IMG/VR virus record: IMGVR_UViG_3300011445_000018
Coordinates: 8,896 to 72,895 of that record
DNA length: 64,000 nucleotides
Source: a virus
Direction: 5' to 3' (one strand)
In this document: positions 1 to 9,987 of the stretch, one piece after another
Numbering within the stretch: position 1 is the stretch's first letter
How the letters are laid out: the number at the start of each line of letters is the position of its first letter
Program-made: the position numbers and the translations under genes
The notes under the pieces: generated by a model
The model's database searches: none
Told to the model about the DNA's origin: nothing
What the model saw: the letters and a program-made list of their open reading frames with translations, nothing else

Positions 1-141
1 GACATTTAGTTCACCAGGAACATCTTTATCACCATAAAGCAGAAACGGACCGTTAGTAACCCATTGAATCTCTAAGAGATTCACTGGTTCAATACCTAAA
101 GTATTGATAATATTAGCAACGGCTGGCGTAAGTATTTTCAT
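1..141 (-). CDS. 5' part of a tail/baseplate protein (runs off the window edge)
   Basis: ATG at 141 overlaps the upstream stop; open frame MKILTPAVANIINTLGIEPVNLLEIQW... to base 1; lies downstream of the tape measure. Confidence 0.55.
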   Translation of the reverse strand, partial: MKILTPAVANIINTLGIEPVNLLEIQWVTNGPFLLYGDKDVPGELNV

Positions 142-458
142 GCTTTTTTCAATTCAATATCCTTAGCCTCTGCTGCATGTTTCTCTAAAAATGTAATCTT
201 CTCCTCGCAAGCTTTAACTAATGCTTGTGTAACCTCATCATTTGGATTGTATTGAAGGTTAACTCTTAGTGAAGTCATATATAATCTAAGTTGAAAAAGC
301 GCTCCGCTATTAACTGAAGCATGGGTTTCTTTCCCTACCTTCTCTACTGCATCAACTTTGGTCTTTACTTTCACAGTCAAATAGCCGAAGTAGGCAATCG
401 CAATGGTCGTTATAGCTGTTACAACCAGTTGCCAAATCTGTAAATACTCACTCATCAT
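138..458 (-). CDS. small membrane protein (holin-like?)
   Basis: N-terminal hydrophobic helix IWQLVVTAITTIAIAYFGYL followed by a charged helical region. Confidence 0.45.
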   Translation of the reverse strand: MMSEYLQIWQLVVTAITTIAIAYFGYLTVKVKTKVDAVEKVGKETHASVNSGALFQLRLYMTSLRVNLQYNPNDEVTQALVKACEEKITFLEKHAAEAKDIELKKA

Positions 459-711
459 TCATCTCCTCCATTTCGACAATTTTACCACTTAACTCGTGTT
501 GACAATCACCACAGTATTCTATTTTTCCATTTCTAATGAAATAATGGCAAATAGTAGTTTGTTCAGTATAATGTCTAACAGAGGGATTCAATGTTGGATT
601 GTTAATATCACCATTAAAGGCCCAGCGTTCTGCTGGCACAGAATGATCGTGTTTACAACCTGGACATTTATACCTAACATAGCCGTTAGTTTCTATTTTC
701 ACTTTAGCCAT
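448..711 (-). CDS. DUF6527-like Zn-binding protein
   Basis: Pattern CPGC..H, W.FNGD...PT..PS, CHYFI.NG.I.YC.DC.H. Confidence 0.7.
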   Translation of the reverse strand: MAKVKIETNGYVRYKCPGCKHDHSVPAERWAFNGDINNPTLNPSVRHYTEQTTICHYFIRNGKIEYCGDCQHELSGKIVEMEEMNDE

Positions 712-713
712 AT

Positions 714-2069
714 TTAGTCCCTTATAACATCAGCGAAAAGACCAGCACTAACATTTATGTTTGCATAAATGCCTGGACCCATTTGTTTAACATCTGGTAC
801 AACTCTCGCTGAAACATTTATTGCAGCTTGTAAGCCGCCACTGTCCACTGTACCCTCGAACTCTATAGTCATAACACTCCCTGAACGACGCTCCTCGTTC
901 AAGAGCGTTGCAGGTGTTAAAATTATCCCTCGCCACTGTCTACTTTCAAAGTCCAATAATCCTATTTCCTTACCAATAGTTAGTTGTAAAAAGCTTAACA
1001 AAGCTTGCTTTTCGCTTTCTTTTAATATCTCAAAGCTGTAAATTAATCGTTGTGCTTTAGGCCAGATGTTATATCTAAAAATTTTAAGTGTGCCACCACG
1101 TGTTTTTCTATTTATGCGACGGAATTCCAATTGCTCTGTATCATCGAAAATGGGATTGCGTAATTGAAGTATTAGCGTTGGTAGAACATATGGATAAGTC
1201 AAAATTATTCCTGACCTAGGTGTAATGATCGGATCAATCATTGATGGTGCCGAAGGCCCAGCACCTACACCAGGATCATAATTACACATGTCACCTAATC
1301 TGTAGAAGGTGACTATGTTATCTAGATCAAGCGTACTTGTGACCGCTCGTCCAATAACCCCGTGACCGATAAGACTTTGCGTTAGATTTAATACATTTGA
1401 AACGGGATTAGTTATAACACCGCTAACAGCTTGTCTTAATTGTAGAACATGTTTTATTGCTTCAAAAGCACCAGTCCAAGCTACATCGCTCAAATGCAGA
1501 TGCTGTTGAACAATTAAAGCATGTGTTGGTGCTATTTGCTGGGCTAGAGCGAGATTATGTAATATTGATAAGTTCAGTACCTTTTTTAATGTTACAGCGT
1601 ACCTTAGACCTTTTCCAGCGAACGCTGCTTCAACGGCTACCGGATCGCTTAAATCTATACCAGTAAGGTCGACCTCCAATGGGTGCAGAATATTTGATAC
1701 AGCGAATGCTATTTTCGGTTCTTTGGCAGCAACGCTTTGTGTTAAATTTAGCGAACTATTTGCACTTAATACTTTTATACTACTTTTCGCACTATCAACT
1801 AACGTTAAAACACTTTCAATACTCCTACGTATACTACTTGTAACATCAACTGATTGAGTAAGAAAAAGTGCATCAATAATTGGTTCAGGTAGAACGCGTT
1901 GAGTAAAAACACCATCAGAAAGTGCTAGGGCACTTGTTACACTTCTTTTATATAAATTATTTGTTGCCTGTTGTGTTAAATCTATATCACTAGTAGCCGA
2001 CACTACCCGACGAATCGTAGTAGTGGCGGTACTAGTTAATACCAGAGTATTATCTGCCGATTCAAACAT
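714..2069 (-). CDS. virion structural protein, beta-repeat stalk plus conserved C-terminal domain (paralog of 23798..25051)
   Basis: S.L.L.Q repeats; C-terminal P.F.DTE.L...T.GGT...RL.Y.F.IL...EFEG shared with 23798..25051. Confidence 0.6.
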   Translation of the reverse strand: MFESADNTLVLTSTATTTIRRVVSATSDIDLTQQATNNLYKRSVTSALALSDGVFTQRVLPEPIIDALFLTQSVDVTSSIRRSIESVLTLVDSAKSSIKVLSANSSLNLTQSVAAKEPKIAFAVSNILHPLEVDLTGIDLSDPVAVEAAFAGKGLRYAVTLKKVLNLSILHNLALAQQIAPTHALIVQQHLHLSDVAWTGAFEAIKHVLQLRQAVSGVITNPVSNVLNLTQSLIGHGVIGRAVTSTLDLDNIVTFYRLGDMCNYDPGVGAGPSAPSMIDPIITPRSGIILTYPYVLPTLILQLRNPIFDDTEQLEFRRINRKTRGGTLKIFRYNIWPKAQRLIYSFEILKESEKQALLSFLQLTIGKEIGLLDFESRQWRGIILTPATLLNEERRSGSVMTIEFEGTVDSGGLQAAINVSARVVPDVKQMGPGIYANINVSAGLFADVIRD

Positions 2070-2590
2070 TAGGCACTAACTGTATATGTTACTTTTAGCT
2101 GATCGCCATTCGTAACGGGCACATCACCACTGAAAAGGGCTGTTGCCCACAGAGTGCCAGTTGTACCACTTTTCGTACTGACAGTATTGATAAAGACGCC
2201 CTTAACAGTACCAGAACCAGTAATGTTAAAAGTAGCAGCACTACTATTGCTCACGCTTTGACTGGACGCTGCACCACTTCCCCATGCAACGCGTGTTGCT
2301 TCATTATAAGTAGTGAACTCGTTCCAGCCAGCATGACTAGACATAGTATCGGCTGCGGCGAGTGCGGTGAAACCGCTATTGTCAATAAGTCCGATGAACC
2401 AACTGTTATTAGCAGTTTGAGTTCCGCCATTAAACATGTCGTCAAGAATTTTGTTCTTGCCAACATTAGTAATACCGTTTCGTAATTTCATCCTCCTCTT
2501 AACTACACCATCGGCACCAATCAATTCCACTAACAAATCATGCTTTACTCGAACGTTCGGCCTGAACAGGTTCATCAGCTTTTGGAACAT
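2069..2590 (-). CDS. tail-associated structural protein
   Basis: RBS GAGGGAG before MFQKL; motifs ITNVGKN..LD, W.IGL and GDQLKVTYT are typical of small phage tail proteins. Confidence 0.6.
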   Translation of the reverse strand: MFQKLMNLFRPNVRVKHDLLVELIGADGVVKRRMKLRNGITNVGKNKILDDMFNGGTQTANNSWFIGLIDNSGFTALAAADTMSSHAGWNEFTTYNEATRVAWGSGAASSQSVSNSSAATFNITGSGTVKGVFINTVSTKSGTTGTLWATALFSGDVPVTNGDQLKVTYTVSA

Positions 2591-2732
2591 TTTGTTCTCC
2601 CTCAAAAGGTTTCGTGCATCCACAATTCTCACACCGAGATACTTGTGTTCGTAGTTCGCCGCATTGGCTACATTTCACAGGTTTCTTAACAACTGTCAAA
2701 CTAACGCTTTGTCCAAGATTCATGCTACTCAT
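2538..2732 (-). CDS. small CxxC-CxxC zinc-ribbon protein
   Basis: CSQCG...CENCG; start is coupled to the tape measure stop. Confidence 0.45.
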   Translation of the reverse strand: MSSMNLGQSVSLTVVKKPVKCSQCGELRTQVSRCENCGCTKPFEGEQNVPKADEPVQAERSSKA

Positions 2733-5700
2733 GTTAACCTCATTGTGTTTCTACGCAGTTCGCGACGTATTTGATTACCAAGAGTTCTTGCATCTATTTG
2801 CTGTGTTTCAGCACCAGTGATATTAATATTTACATCTCCTATATTGGTATTAGTAACAGGTCCGCCAGTGTTCATAGCTTTACTATTCATAGCAACTAAC
2901 TGAGGTAGGAACTTAGCCGTTGAACGAGAGTTCATAATGAACTCCCTTGGATCAGCTAGAATATGTTGACTATCTTTACCAACTGAACCACCAAAACCCC
3001 TGGTGATAAAACCACCCATATTCTGGAATTGAACAGGGTCAAATCTACCCGGTGTGTTCCTATTAAGGAAAGGTATAGAGTTCTGTATAGCTTCTGCCCT
3101 TCTAAGAGCTTCCGCTGCACTGTTTGCTGCTGCCTCAAGTCTTTTGAATTGGCTTTCTAAAATATTATTAGTAGTAATGCCAGCATCAATAACTTTAGTA
3201 TTTAAATCTAAAAGTCCTTTCCCTGTTAACTCTCCACTTTCTAACATTGCTTTCAGACTTTCACGGTTTGTTGTAAATCTCTCAGCAATAGCACTTGATT
3301 CAGTAATAAGATTTCTAACCTCGGGTGATACTTCTAACGATTTTTTTATTATTTCTAATCGCTCTTGTTCTTGTCTCAGAGCTTGTGTTTTTATTTCAGA
3401 GTTCGCCACTAGTGCTGATAATTTGTTTATTTCAGCATTAAATTGTTCAAATTTCTCTGGTGTTAATCCAGGAAAAATACTACTTGTTTTATCTTTTAAT
3501 TGAGGAATAACGCGATCTTTAATAAAACTTAGTGCCTGCGATACGCGTTCAATATTTTCAGCTGTCGGTTTTAAATTAGTATCAGCTAACGTTTCGAGAG
3601 CAGTTTTAATTTCTGTGAATTTCTGTGCTGCTGCTTCTGCTCTTAACAAACCGGCATCATCACCACCACCTATTACTGGGGCTTTTAATACATCAAATAC
3701 ACCTTGCTCTTTAGCCGCCGCACCAAGTGCTTGAGCTTTAACAATTGTTTGTTCTAAGAATTGATTAAGTTCATCTACTTTGTTCTTTGATACTTCAGCT
3801 TGTTTTCCAACTTCAGAAAATTCTCGAATAACTTCATCAGCAGCTTTACCTTGCTCTGCTAGTTGTGCCTGTAATTTAGGATCACGAAATTCGCTTAAAT
3901 CCTTTTTCCCTGTAGCTTGATCTTTTAGTTTTTGCAAAGCCTCTCGAACTTTAATTTCTTGTTCTAAAAGAAAATTGCCTTGTTTTTGTAAAGGTATTTC
4001 CTGCTGACGTTGCTGTACACCTAAATCGCGACCACCAAAAATTTTAAATCGGCCCTGTGCCCCACCACTCTGACCACCTAATTCTGCCAAATTTCTTCGT
4101 GCCAAACTAATAGCCAGATTCAAATCCTCTAATCGTTGTTGTTTAGCAATAGTATCAATAGCACCAGTTTTTACTATAAATTGAGCACGTTCACGTTCAG
4201 CTAAAGCCAAACGTTCCATCGCTTTATTGTGACTCTTACCATCGCGTTCAATTTCACTTTGTATTTGCTCTAACTTCTGCTTTTTATCCTCAAAATCATC
4301 AGTGAACTCTTTAAGTGCCTTTTGTTCTGGTTCACCGAAAACCTTTGTTTGATCAACAAATGCCTCTAATTGTTTTCTGGATTCTAAAAGTTTCTTTTGG
4401 GCTATGGCTTGGGCCTCAAATACTTTATTTTCTTTTAATAAAATATCGATACTACGTTCGTCAATTTGATCTGTTAATGCCTTTTGAGCATTAGCCATAT
4501 CAATAATTTGACTATTAAGGCCAGTTAATACTGCTTGCAATTCTGTGAACTGTTGTTTTATTACTTTGATACCAGAAGTTGCATTGTCAGTCATATTTAA
4601 CATTTCTTTTTCAAATTTATCTTTCCTTATATCTGATAATTGTTGAAATTTATCGGTAAAAGAGCCGAACTCAAATTCCACATCATTGATTGCTGCGAAA
4701 TATCGACGTATACCTTCAATAGCACCAAAGACAAGAAGTGCGGGGCCAAGCCTAGTAATAGCGGCACCAACAGCACCTAATGCAATACTGAATCTACTAG
4801 CAGCAACTGTACCAGCAGTCATAGCCGCAGCAGCAACTTTTGCTCTAACTGCTAAATTTACTAATTTATTAGCTACTAAGAACTCTATTGCGAAAGTTAA
4901 TGTATTAATAGATGCTTTAACAACTGTTACTGCTTTAACTGTTACTTCTTCAAAATTAACAATTGCTTTAACAACTTTGGTTCCGATTTCCGCTGTAAAG
5001 AAATTTGATAATTCTTTTAATATTTTCTGGAATTTCGTACCATAGTTCTTCTGCATTATCTCAGTAGCTTTATTGGCCTCTTCTGTAGAATTTGTTACTT
5101 GTTCTAATGTTGTTTTGTATTGACCAAGAGCATTAACCAAACCCGTGGTACCAATTCGACCACGCAACTCATCCATGATCTCATTAAGAAATGCAGCCGA
5201 ATCCCCGCTTCTTTTTGATGCTTCTGAGATGCGTTCCAAAACACCAACAAACTTAAATGCTTCAACAGCACTTTGTCCTGATGTAACACCCCACTCTCTA
5301 AATAATTCATTCATTTCCTTAGTGGGCTTAGTAAGCTTCTGGAACACTTGACGCAAAAATGTCATCGCTGTGCTAGCATCAGCACCTTGACGTGTTAGAA
5401 CAGCTAAAGCGGAAAAAACCTCTTGGTAGCTTACACCTAGATCATTACTAAGAATCGTTAGACCACCTAAATCGTTCGCTACATCTTTCAATGTGAAACG
5501 ACCTAGATCGACAGCTTTAAAGAAGCTGTTCGATATTTCTCTTGAACGATCTTGTGTTAAATTATATGAATTGAGAACAGATGATAAAGCATTAACACCT
5601 TCCTGTGTTGAACCAACAGCTATCATAGCAAGACGTTGGGCTTCGGCCATGAAACGAAAAGTTTCAGCACCCTCTGCTATTTGATTTGATAGCACTTCGT

Positions 5701-6877
5701 ATGAGCCAGCGACCGTTTCTAAAAGATCCTTGTTAAAAGTATTAGAAAGTCGGACATTAGCTTGTGACCATTGATCCACGCTCAATGGCATACGTTGTGA
5801 TATAGTTTGTAATTCCCCGATCTTTATAAGATACTCGCCCGCACGATCAATACCATCACGCATAGCATTTGATATTTCTGCAAATGCACGTGATACTGCT
5901 GAACCTATAAGAATACCCCTAACAAGTTGTAAATTATTGAATGCTTTACCTAAACGATTGGTGCTTTTTTGTGCATTTTCCATCGCTTTAGGCATTGCGT
6001 TTATTGTTTCGTTTGTATCTACTAAAGCTCCGTTGAGGAATTTCTGTCTGGTTGTAACAATTTGCCCTTCAGCATTTAAGCTCTTAAAGCTTTTTGTTAA
6101 TCTTATAGGTTGATTAGCGAGATCACTAATAACCTCTTTAGTATTTTCTAATCCATTACTTAATCGTTCAACGGTCCTAATTACTTGTTGACCTTGTGCA
6201 TTAAAGCTTTTTAATACACTAGTGACTCTTGATATCGGTGCTGGAATATCTGATACTGTTTGTTTTGTTAATTGTAGTACCCCATTTAATTTTGTTTCAG
6301 TTGTTGATACTCTTTGACCAGCGGCATTAATAGTATTAAGTGTAGAAACGAATCTATGACCAGCTACACGTGCCTCTTCTGTTCTACTTGTTACTTTAGC
6401 TAAACGATCACCAATACGCTCCATTTCCTTAGTGGTTTTCGCACCAGTAATTGGATCAAAAGATACAGTAGTATCTTTAAACGTTGTAGGTCTTGGGCCA
6501 ACTACTACTGATTTAGTTTGCGATACTACATCATTTAATTTTTCTATAGTTTGAGTTGTTTGTATACCTTGAGCATCTAATTCTTTTAATACCTCGATTT
6601 CACGTCTGACAGGTGCTTTGGCCGCTGTTATTTCTGAAACGAAATCTTTAATTACTCCATTTATTTCTTTTATTCTTAATTTTATGTTATTGCCTTGTTC
6701 ATCTAACCCTTTAAACAAAACAATATTTCTAGTTTTATCATTTAATTTGCCAGCAGCATCACCTAACTTATTTTGCTCTCTAACTAAAGCTTGATATATT
6801 TTTAAAAGCTTATTTATATCGCCTAAGCCTTTAATCTCATGAGTAAAGACTTGTGCATTTACGTTAGGAGTAGTCAT
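2729..6877 (-). CDS. tail tape measure protein
   Basis: 1382 aa, helical and Ala-rich, with a TP901-type core (EGVNALSSVLNSY, KAVDLGRFTL, LAVLTRQG); lies after the tail chaperone. Confidence 0.92.
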   Translation of the reverse strand: MTTPNVNAQVFTHEIKGLGDINKLLKIYQALVREQNKLGDAAGKLNDKTRNIVLFKGLDEQGNNIKLRIKEINGVIKDFVSEITAAKAPVRREIEVLKELDAQGIQTTQTIEKLNDVVSQTKSVVVGPRPTTFKDTTVSFDPITGAKTTKEMERIGDRLAKVTSRTEEARVAGHRFVSTLNTINAAGQRVSTTETKLNGVLQLTKQTVSDIPAPISRVTSVLKSFNAQGQQVIRTVERLSNGLENTKEVISDLANQPIRLTKSFKSLNAEGQIVTTRQKFLNGALVDTNETINAMPKAMENAQKSTNRLGKAFNNLQLVRGILIGSAVSRAFAEISNAMRDGIDRAGEYLIKIGELQTISQRMPLSVDQWSQANVRLSNTFNKDLLETVAGSYEVLSNQIAEGAETFRFMAEAQRLAMIAVGSTQEGVNALSSVLNSYNLTQDRSREISNSFFKAVDLGRFTLKDVANDLGGLTILSNDLGVSYQEVFSALAVLTRQGADASTAMTFLRQVFQKLTKPTKEMNELFREWGVTSGQSAVEAFKFVGVLERISEASKRSGDSAAFLNEIMDELRGRIGTTGLVNALGQYKTTLEQVTNSTEEANKATEIMQKNYGTKFQKILKELSNFFTAEIGTKVVKAIVNFEEVTVKAVTVVKASINTLTFAIEFLVANKLVNLAVRAKVAAAAMTAGTVAASRFSIALGAVGAAITRLGPALLVFGAIEGIRRYFAAINDVEFEFGSFTDKFQQLSDIRKDKFEKEMLNMTDNATSGIKVIKQQFTELQAVLTGLNSQIIDMANAQKALTDQIDERSIDILLKENKVFEAQAIAQKKLLESRKQLEAFVDQTKVFGEPEQKALKEFTDDFEDKKQKLEQIQSEIERDGKSHNKAMERLALAERERAQFIVKTGAIDTIAKQQRLEDLNLAISLARRNLAELGGQSGGAQGRFKIFGGRDLGVQQRQQEIPLQKQGNFLLEQEIKVREALQKLKDQATGKKDLSEFRDPKLQAQLAEQGKAADEVIREFSEVGKQAEVSKNKVDELNQFLEQTIVKAQALGAAAKEQGVFDVLKAPVIGGGDDAGLLRAEAAAQKFTEIKTALETLADTNLKPTAENIERVSQALSFIKDRVIPQLKDKTSSIFPGLTPEKFEQFNAEINKLSALVANSEIKTQALRQEQERLEIIKKSLEVSPEVRNLITESSAIAERFTTNRESLKAMLESGELTGKGLLDLNTKVIDAGITTNNILESQFKRLEAAANSAAEALRRAEAIQNSIPFLNRNTPGRFDPVQFQNMGGFITRGFGGSVGKDSQHILADPREFIMNSRSTAKFLPQLVAMNSKAMNTGGPVTNTNIGDVNINITGAETQQIDARTLGNQIRRELRRNTMRLT

Positions 6878-7443
6878 TAGCCACCTGTCACTTCTCGCTT
6901 ACCCATGTACTTCTTGAACTTAGGAAAACGTCTCGCTATACTTTTACTATAATTATCATACGAACTAAAAGCTTTTCTAAAAGCTAACCAAGGGGTTGCT
7001 GTTTTGAGATTTAACCAATTAGGTGCTTGTTTGCTTTCATTCCAATCTGGATATTTTAACAATTCGTCTCTACTGAACCTGAAATAATAAAAGAAATTTC
7101 CACCACGCCGTGTACGCTTAATTTCAAAAGTGCTATGTTCAGCACCTTGGTCAAAGCCTAAAAGAACCTTGTTACCTTTATGTGTGAAATATTTCTTTTT
7201 CTGGGCACCTTCCCTGCTACCTTTAATAAGGCCCATAACAACGTTATGACCAACCCTATTACCAAGCTTACGAAAGGTACCACGAGATGTACCAGTATAC
7301 GTTGGTGTATTATTAACTGCTGTTTTTACCCATTTCTTAATAGCTATTAACTGCTCCTCCTCCATGAATTTTTTAACATCTTCTAAATATTTTATACTTA
7401 GAGTAGGTGACTGTAATCTTATTGCGAATCTAATGTTTGGCAT
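6877..7443 (-). CDS. basic hypothetical virion morphogenesis protein (possible tail completion)
   Basis: Translationally coupled within the tail operon; NTP.YTG..R motif is reminiscent of HK97 gp10-like proteins. Confidence 0.4.
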   Translation of the reverse strand: MPNIRFAIRLQSPTLSIKYLEDVKKFMEEEQLIAIKKWVKTAVNNTPTYTGTSRGTFRKLGNRVGHNVVMGLIKGSREGAQKKKYFTHKGNKVLLGFDQGAEHSTFEIKRTRRGGNFFYYFRFSRDELLKYPDWNESKQAPNWLNLKTATPWLAFRKAFSSYDNYSKSIARRFPKFKKYMGKREVTGG

Positions 7444-8065
7444 TCTACTTCCCTTATACCTTCATAGGAAAGCATTTCAGCTTTCTGCCAATCAGCATTA
7501 GCATTATAAACAGCTTCTATACCAGGGGGTAAAATACCGAAACGTTCACAGAATCGCCATATCATATATTTAACAGTACGCCCCTTCGGTAATACTACGC
7601 CTCTTGCGGAGGGGCTTCTGCTAAAAAATCTTCTCTCGCTTGTTTAAGCATATCATCATCAAGCGAATTAACTCGTAAACATAGATCAATAATTCTTGAT
7701 ATTTCGTTCTCTGATATATTTGATTCTTTTAATTCATCGATATAAAGATGCCAAGTATCGGGTTTCTGCATATCTACTCTCTCCCACTCCAAATCAGTTG
7801 TTGGAGCAAGAGATTTCAGTATGCAGAAATCCAATTTCTTTTTTCCATATATTGTTAAATTTGTACGATAAGTTGGATCAGCTGCATTAGGCTCTTTTAT
7901 ACCTCCAGGTAACATTTTAGTTGGTATTGTAGGTTGTGGACATAATTTGTTAAATTCATCATAACTATCAATAGCTTCTGCTTTGAAAACTATACGATCA
8001 TTACCACGAGGCAAGACCAATATATCGCTATTACGACCAGTTAATTTCTTACCCTTGTATTTCAT
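7419..8065 (-). CDS. gpGT-like -1 frameshift product
   Basis: The -1 frame is open from the slip site to TAA at 7419 and reads ...YMIWRFCERFGILPPG...WQKAEMLSYEGIREVE... Confidence 0.75.
7595..8065 (-). CDS. tail assembly chaperone (gpG-like)
   Basis: Lies between the tail tube and tape measure; ends with the slippery sequence GAT TTT TTA. Confidence 0.8.
   Translation of the reverse strand: MKYKGKKLTGRNSDILVLPRGNDRIVFKAEAIDSYDEFNKLCPQPTIPTKMLPGGIKEPNAADPTYRTNLTIYGKKKLDFCILKSLAPTTDLEWERVDMQKPDTWHLYIDELKESNISENEISRIIDLCLRVNSLDDDMLKQAREDFLAEAPPQEA
7622..7628 (-). promoter_or_regulatory. -1 ribosomal frameshift heptamer T TTT TTA
   Basis: In-frame X XXY YYZ heptamer followed by a GC-rich stem GCCCCTCCG...CGAAGGGGC. 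Confidence 0.75.
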
Positions 8066-8077
8066 ATTATTTTCCTA

Positions 8078-8899
8078 TTAAGAAACATCAGCAGCCAAAA
8101 CACGACGTGCAGCAGCAGTTTTTCGATTGCATCGACCAGAAGTTGCTATAGTACCTTCACGTAGATCGTGATCCAAAGTTTCATAATAATATTCCTCAAA
8201 TGTTATAATTTCATTTGGTACGGCAGCACAATCTGGTGCATTATGCAATTCCATATCAACACAATACGGCTGACATGGGTCATCAGCACTAGTAACCCAA
8301 TCATCGGCTTCACCGATCTTTTTCAGAATATCCTCCATTGTGGGAGCATTACTACCAGTTTCTCCAGTAATATATTCCCACGTAGCATCGAGCGATAGAT
8401 CCATTGGCTCCTCGTCAGCCAATCGAACCGTGTCCAAGATACCACGGTCACGAGTGAATTCCACTGGACGCTTTTCAGAGTAACTAAGAGTGCCTTCACC
8501 GATCTTAACCGATGCACTCTTTTGTCCAGCTAGCAAAGTCTTTGCTATAGCGTTCAGCAAACCTGTGCCATCTTCACCCGTAGCAAATGCTACAGTTACC
8601 AAAGCATGAGCCGCTGGCAAAGCTTCAATTGCTGCTTTAGCTAAAGCAGCAGTAGTATCTACTGCACTCGCTGTTCTGCCAAGATTAACAACAATATCAC
8701 GACCAGTTACCACTACTCCTAATACAGCGGTTGTACCACCAGGATCAACAAACGTGATACTAATTTTATCAGTACCAATGTGTTTGCTCTTAGCAGTAAA
8801 GACCATGTCCGCTTCAATAGCGGTAAAATCAATTGTGACAGTACCAAGTGTACCGTCGAAGAACTTTATCGTTGTCTCTTTGATGTCAATTTGAGCCAT
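8078..8899 (-). CDS. major tail (tube) protein with an inserted domain
   Basis: Position before the chaperone; acidic beta-rich core (KIGEG.LSYSEKR..DRG.LD.VR); Ala/Val/Thr-rich insert at about aa 17-127. Confidence 0.75.
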   Translation of the reverse strand: MAQIDIKETTIKFFDGTLGTVTIDFTAIEADMVFTAKSKHIGTDKISITFVDPGGTTAVLGVVVTGRDIVVNLGRTASAVDTTAALAKAAIEALPAAHALVTVAFATGEDGTGLLNAIAKTLLAGQKSASVKIGEGTLSYSEKRPVEFTRDRGILDTVRLADEEPMDLSLDATWEYITGETGSNAPTMEDILKKIGEADDWVTSADDPCQPYCVDMELHNAPDCAAVPNEIITFEEYYYETLDHDLREGTIATSGRCNRKTAAARRVLAADVS

Positions 8900-9440
8900 T
8901 AGAAATCTCCATTCGGTAGTGACCTTCCACTGTAGCTTGAGCTAAACGAGTATCCTCTTTAACTATTCCAAAATTGTTAATTTCAACACGTTCATTGGTA
9001 TCAGTTCTAAGTCTCAATGTGCCAACTAGACTTTGGTCATCAAAGAGATAATCACCATATTTAAAAACACAAATTGCATTAGTAAAGGTTTTTGTTATTT
9101 GTCCAATTGCTTCCTGCAAATTATAAAGCCTCTGTGCATCCATGTGTGCTTGGACGAGTACATTTATTTCAAAGTCTAGAATGTATTCATATTTCTGTGG
9201 TTGGAAAATGAACGGACCATCAATACGAAGCTCATAGAATTCCGCTTCGTCTTGAAAGGTCCGTTCATCCCCTTCCAGGTACATAGGTAGCGAACCTTTG
9301 TTCGTTAGAAAATGTTTATTAACTGATGCATGAACCCAACGTACCCAATCAGGATGTTTTTCTTCCGGCAATAATTCGATAATAGTGCCATGTAATAATT
9401 GCATGGTATTGCTTGCAGAATGTCTAATAATAGCAGCCAT
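8886..9440 (-). CDS. putative tail terminator
   Basis: Immediately upstream of the tail tube; size and composition fit. Confidence 0.5.
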   Translation of the reverse strand: MAAIIRHSASNTMQLLHGTIIELLPEEKHPDWVRWVHASVNKHFLTNKGSLPMYLEGDERTFQDEAEFYELRIDGPFIFQPQKYEYILDFEINVLVQAHMDAQRLYNLQEAIGQITKTFTNAICVFKYGDYLFDDQSLVGTLRLRTDTNERVEINNFGIVKEDTRLAQATVEGHYRMEISNGSN

Positions 9441-9982
9441 TAGACGTTCTCCACCAGTGATTGAGTGAATACTAAAGTATTCGATGCTTCTCTAGTCAAT
9501 CTATCAACCACTACAGCACTAGCTTCATCTGTTAGAATTAATCCAGACAAACGTGTTACTATTCTTGTTACTTCTTGGCCACGTACTTTGCGGCCCAATA
9601 ATTCATAACCGAAATTATTTTCAAATGTATTTACTTCTTTTATATCATAGCGTGCATTGTTAAAAACGAAATAATCCTCTATTTTAGGAACGTGTGCTTT
9701 TAAGTCTCTCGGATCAAGAATCACCCGCCTATCTTCAGGATCGAAAAAACCACCCATTGTGAAATCTTTGTTTGCTGATAAATAAGCTATATCATAAACA
9801 AAAGATCGAAATGTTCGTGCGTCTAATACAATTGCCTCTTTGATATTTATAACACGTAATACAGTTGTCTTTAGACCAGTTTCCGGGTCAGTAACATTGG
9901 AATCAATAACATGATAAGCGATGGGCAAACCCATACGCCGTTTCAAGCGATATAAAGTATTTCTTATATGTTGCAGTTTCAT
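9440..9982 (-). CDS. putative head closure / head-tail adaptor
   Basis: Follows the capsid gene; D.ETG motif and RYDI..V beta pattern; probable start MKLQH. Confidence 0.55.
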   Translation of the reverse strand: MKLQHIRNTLYRLKRRMGLPIAYHVIDSNVTDPETGLKTTVLRVINIKEAIVLDARTFRSFVYDIAYLSANKDFTMGGFFDPEDRRVILDPRDLKAHVPKIEDYFVFNNARYDIKEVNTFENNFGYELLGRKVRGQEVTRIVTRLSGLILTDEASAVVVDRLTREASNTLVFTQSLVENV

Positions 9983-9987
9983 GGCAA

